Part shown: in pieces, positions 63,071-64,000 of the stretch
Layout of the letters: each line of letters starts with the position of its first letter
How positions within the stretch are numbered: position 1 is the first letter of the stretch
Source: Botryllus schlosseri
Taxonomy: Eukaryota
Direction: 5' to 3'
Assembly (NCBI GenBank): GCA_051294905.1
Contig: CM119371.1
Coordinates: forward strand, 11,658,001 to 11,722,000
Length of the DNA: 64,000 bases
Notes under the pieces: generated by a model
Told to the model about the DNA's origin: nothing
Database searches by the model: none
What the model saw: the letters and a program-made list of their open reading frames with translations, nothing else
Program-made: the position numbers and the translations under genes

Positions 63071-64000
63071 ACAGTGATCTTTTACCCACAGACATGTTAT
63101 GGAAGTTCAGTGCTCCTGAGCAGATGAATATTTTGAAGATAATGGTTGAATTTGGTCAAGAATATTGTGAGTTTCACTGATCCGTGGGCACTCAATAGGG
63201 TGGATCAAACAAACTTATCGCACGGGGCTTCATCCCCTAGACCAGTGGTTCTCAACCTGCGGTATGCGAGTCGATTCTTTTTTTCGACCGAAGGGAGCTA
63301 TTAGTTCAGATGTGGTTGCTTTTGAGTTTTTTGAAGACGTCGATCGTCATCGTGGGTAGGGACAATCCCATCAATGACGGCCTACATTGGGATTCCGTTT
63401 TAATATATTTGACCACTACAGAAATCATACAGCCTACTGCGCCTTAAAATGGGCAATTTATTTTCTGTTTCGATGCCGTCGGCGGCTCAACATAGTGGAA
63501 AATTTTCTTGACCACCTTCGGAGCGCGCAACTTATGTAGGTGATACACGACACGAGCACTGCATAAAACCTCGAAATAGTACGTGGACCTTCCATGTCAT
63601 GACTACTCGAAAGCCCCAAGTCATTGTCATGTAAGCACACCGTTTATCTCTTATGTAGTGGCGCTAACCATTAATTTTTCCAACTCACAACTGAATTTTG
63701 TCAGTAATTGGTAATTGCGTAATAGTCCCGCAACCGCAGACAGCACACTCATAGATACACAATTCTGTACATCATGCGTATTATATAGACTATTCATTTT
63801 TTCATCGAGAGGCAGGTAGGCCTACTCAACAATAAAAAATACCGAAACTGAATATCGTGCAAAGTGTTACAATAAATATATCTGCTGAAAAATACTCCAC
63901 CTTTTATTGATTTACATAACATTTCACAGGCTGTGAAGCATTTGCTACAGGGCCAATGACACATCAGAAGCTGATTGATTCGATTAACATCAATACTTTT

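Overview
Eukaryotic (animal, invertebrate-type) genomic DNA, dense in transposons; no prokaryotic features. It opens with a BEL/Pao LTR retrotransposon (open gag-pol plus 3' LTR) abutting the tail of a 5'-truncated CR1/L2-type LINE. Many non-autonomous DNA transposons follow (hAT-, P-, MULE-, pogo-, Kolobok- and CACTA-like), several with readable target-site duplications and nested insertions. The main hidden feature is a + strand multi-exon gene (~18.6-45.6 kb) that the ORF track misses. By manual splicing it looks like a derivative of the kinetochore gene CENP-C, with an RRSQRVR-type CENP-C-motif exon and a Mif2/CENP-C-like cupin exon. Its K/R/S/P-rich middle grew by tandem exon duplication, and 18 consecutive exons splice in frame (~780 codons). 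Its cupin end is damaged, one exon is a chimera that reuses the cupin acceptor in another frame, and further copies of its exons and 3' end lie downstream. The last 18 kb hold degraded L1/Tx1, RTE-like, hAT and Kolobok remnants. All assignments come from reading motifs by eye; no database search was run.
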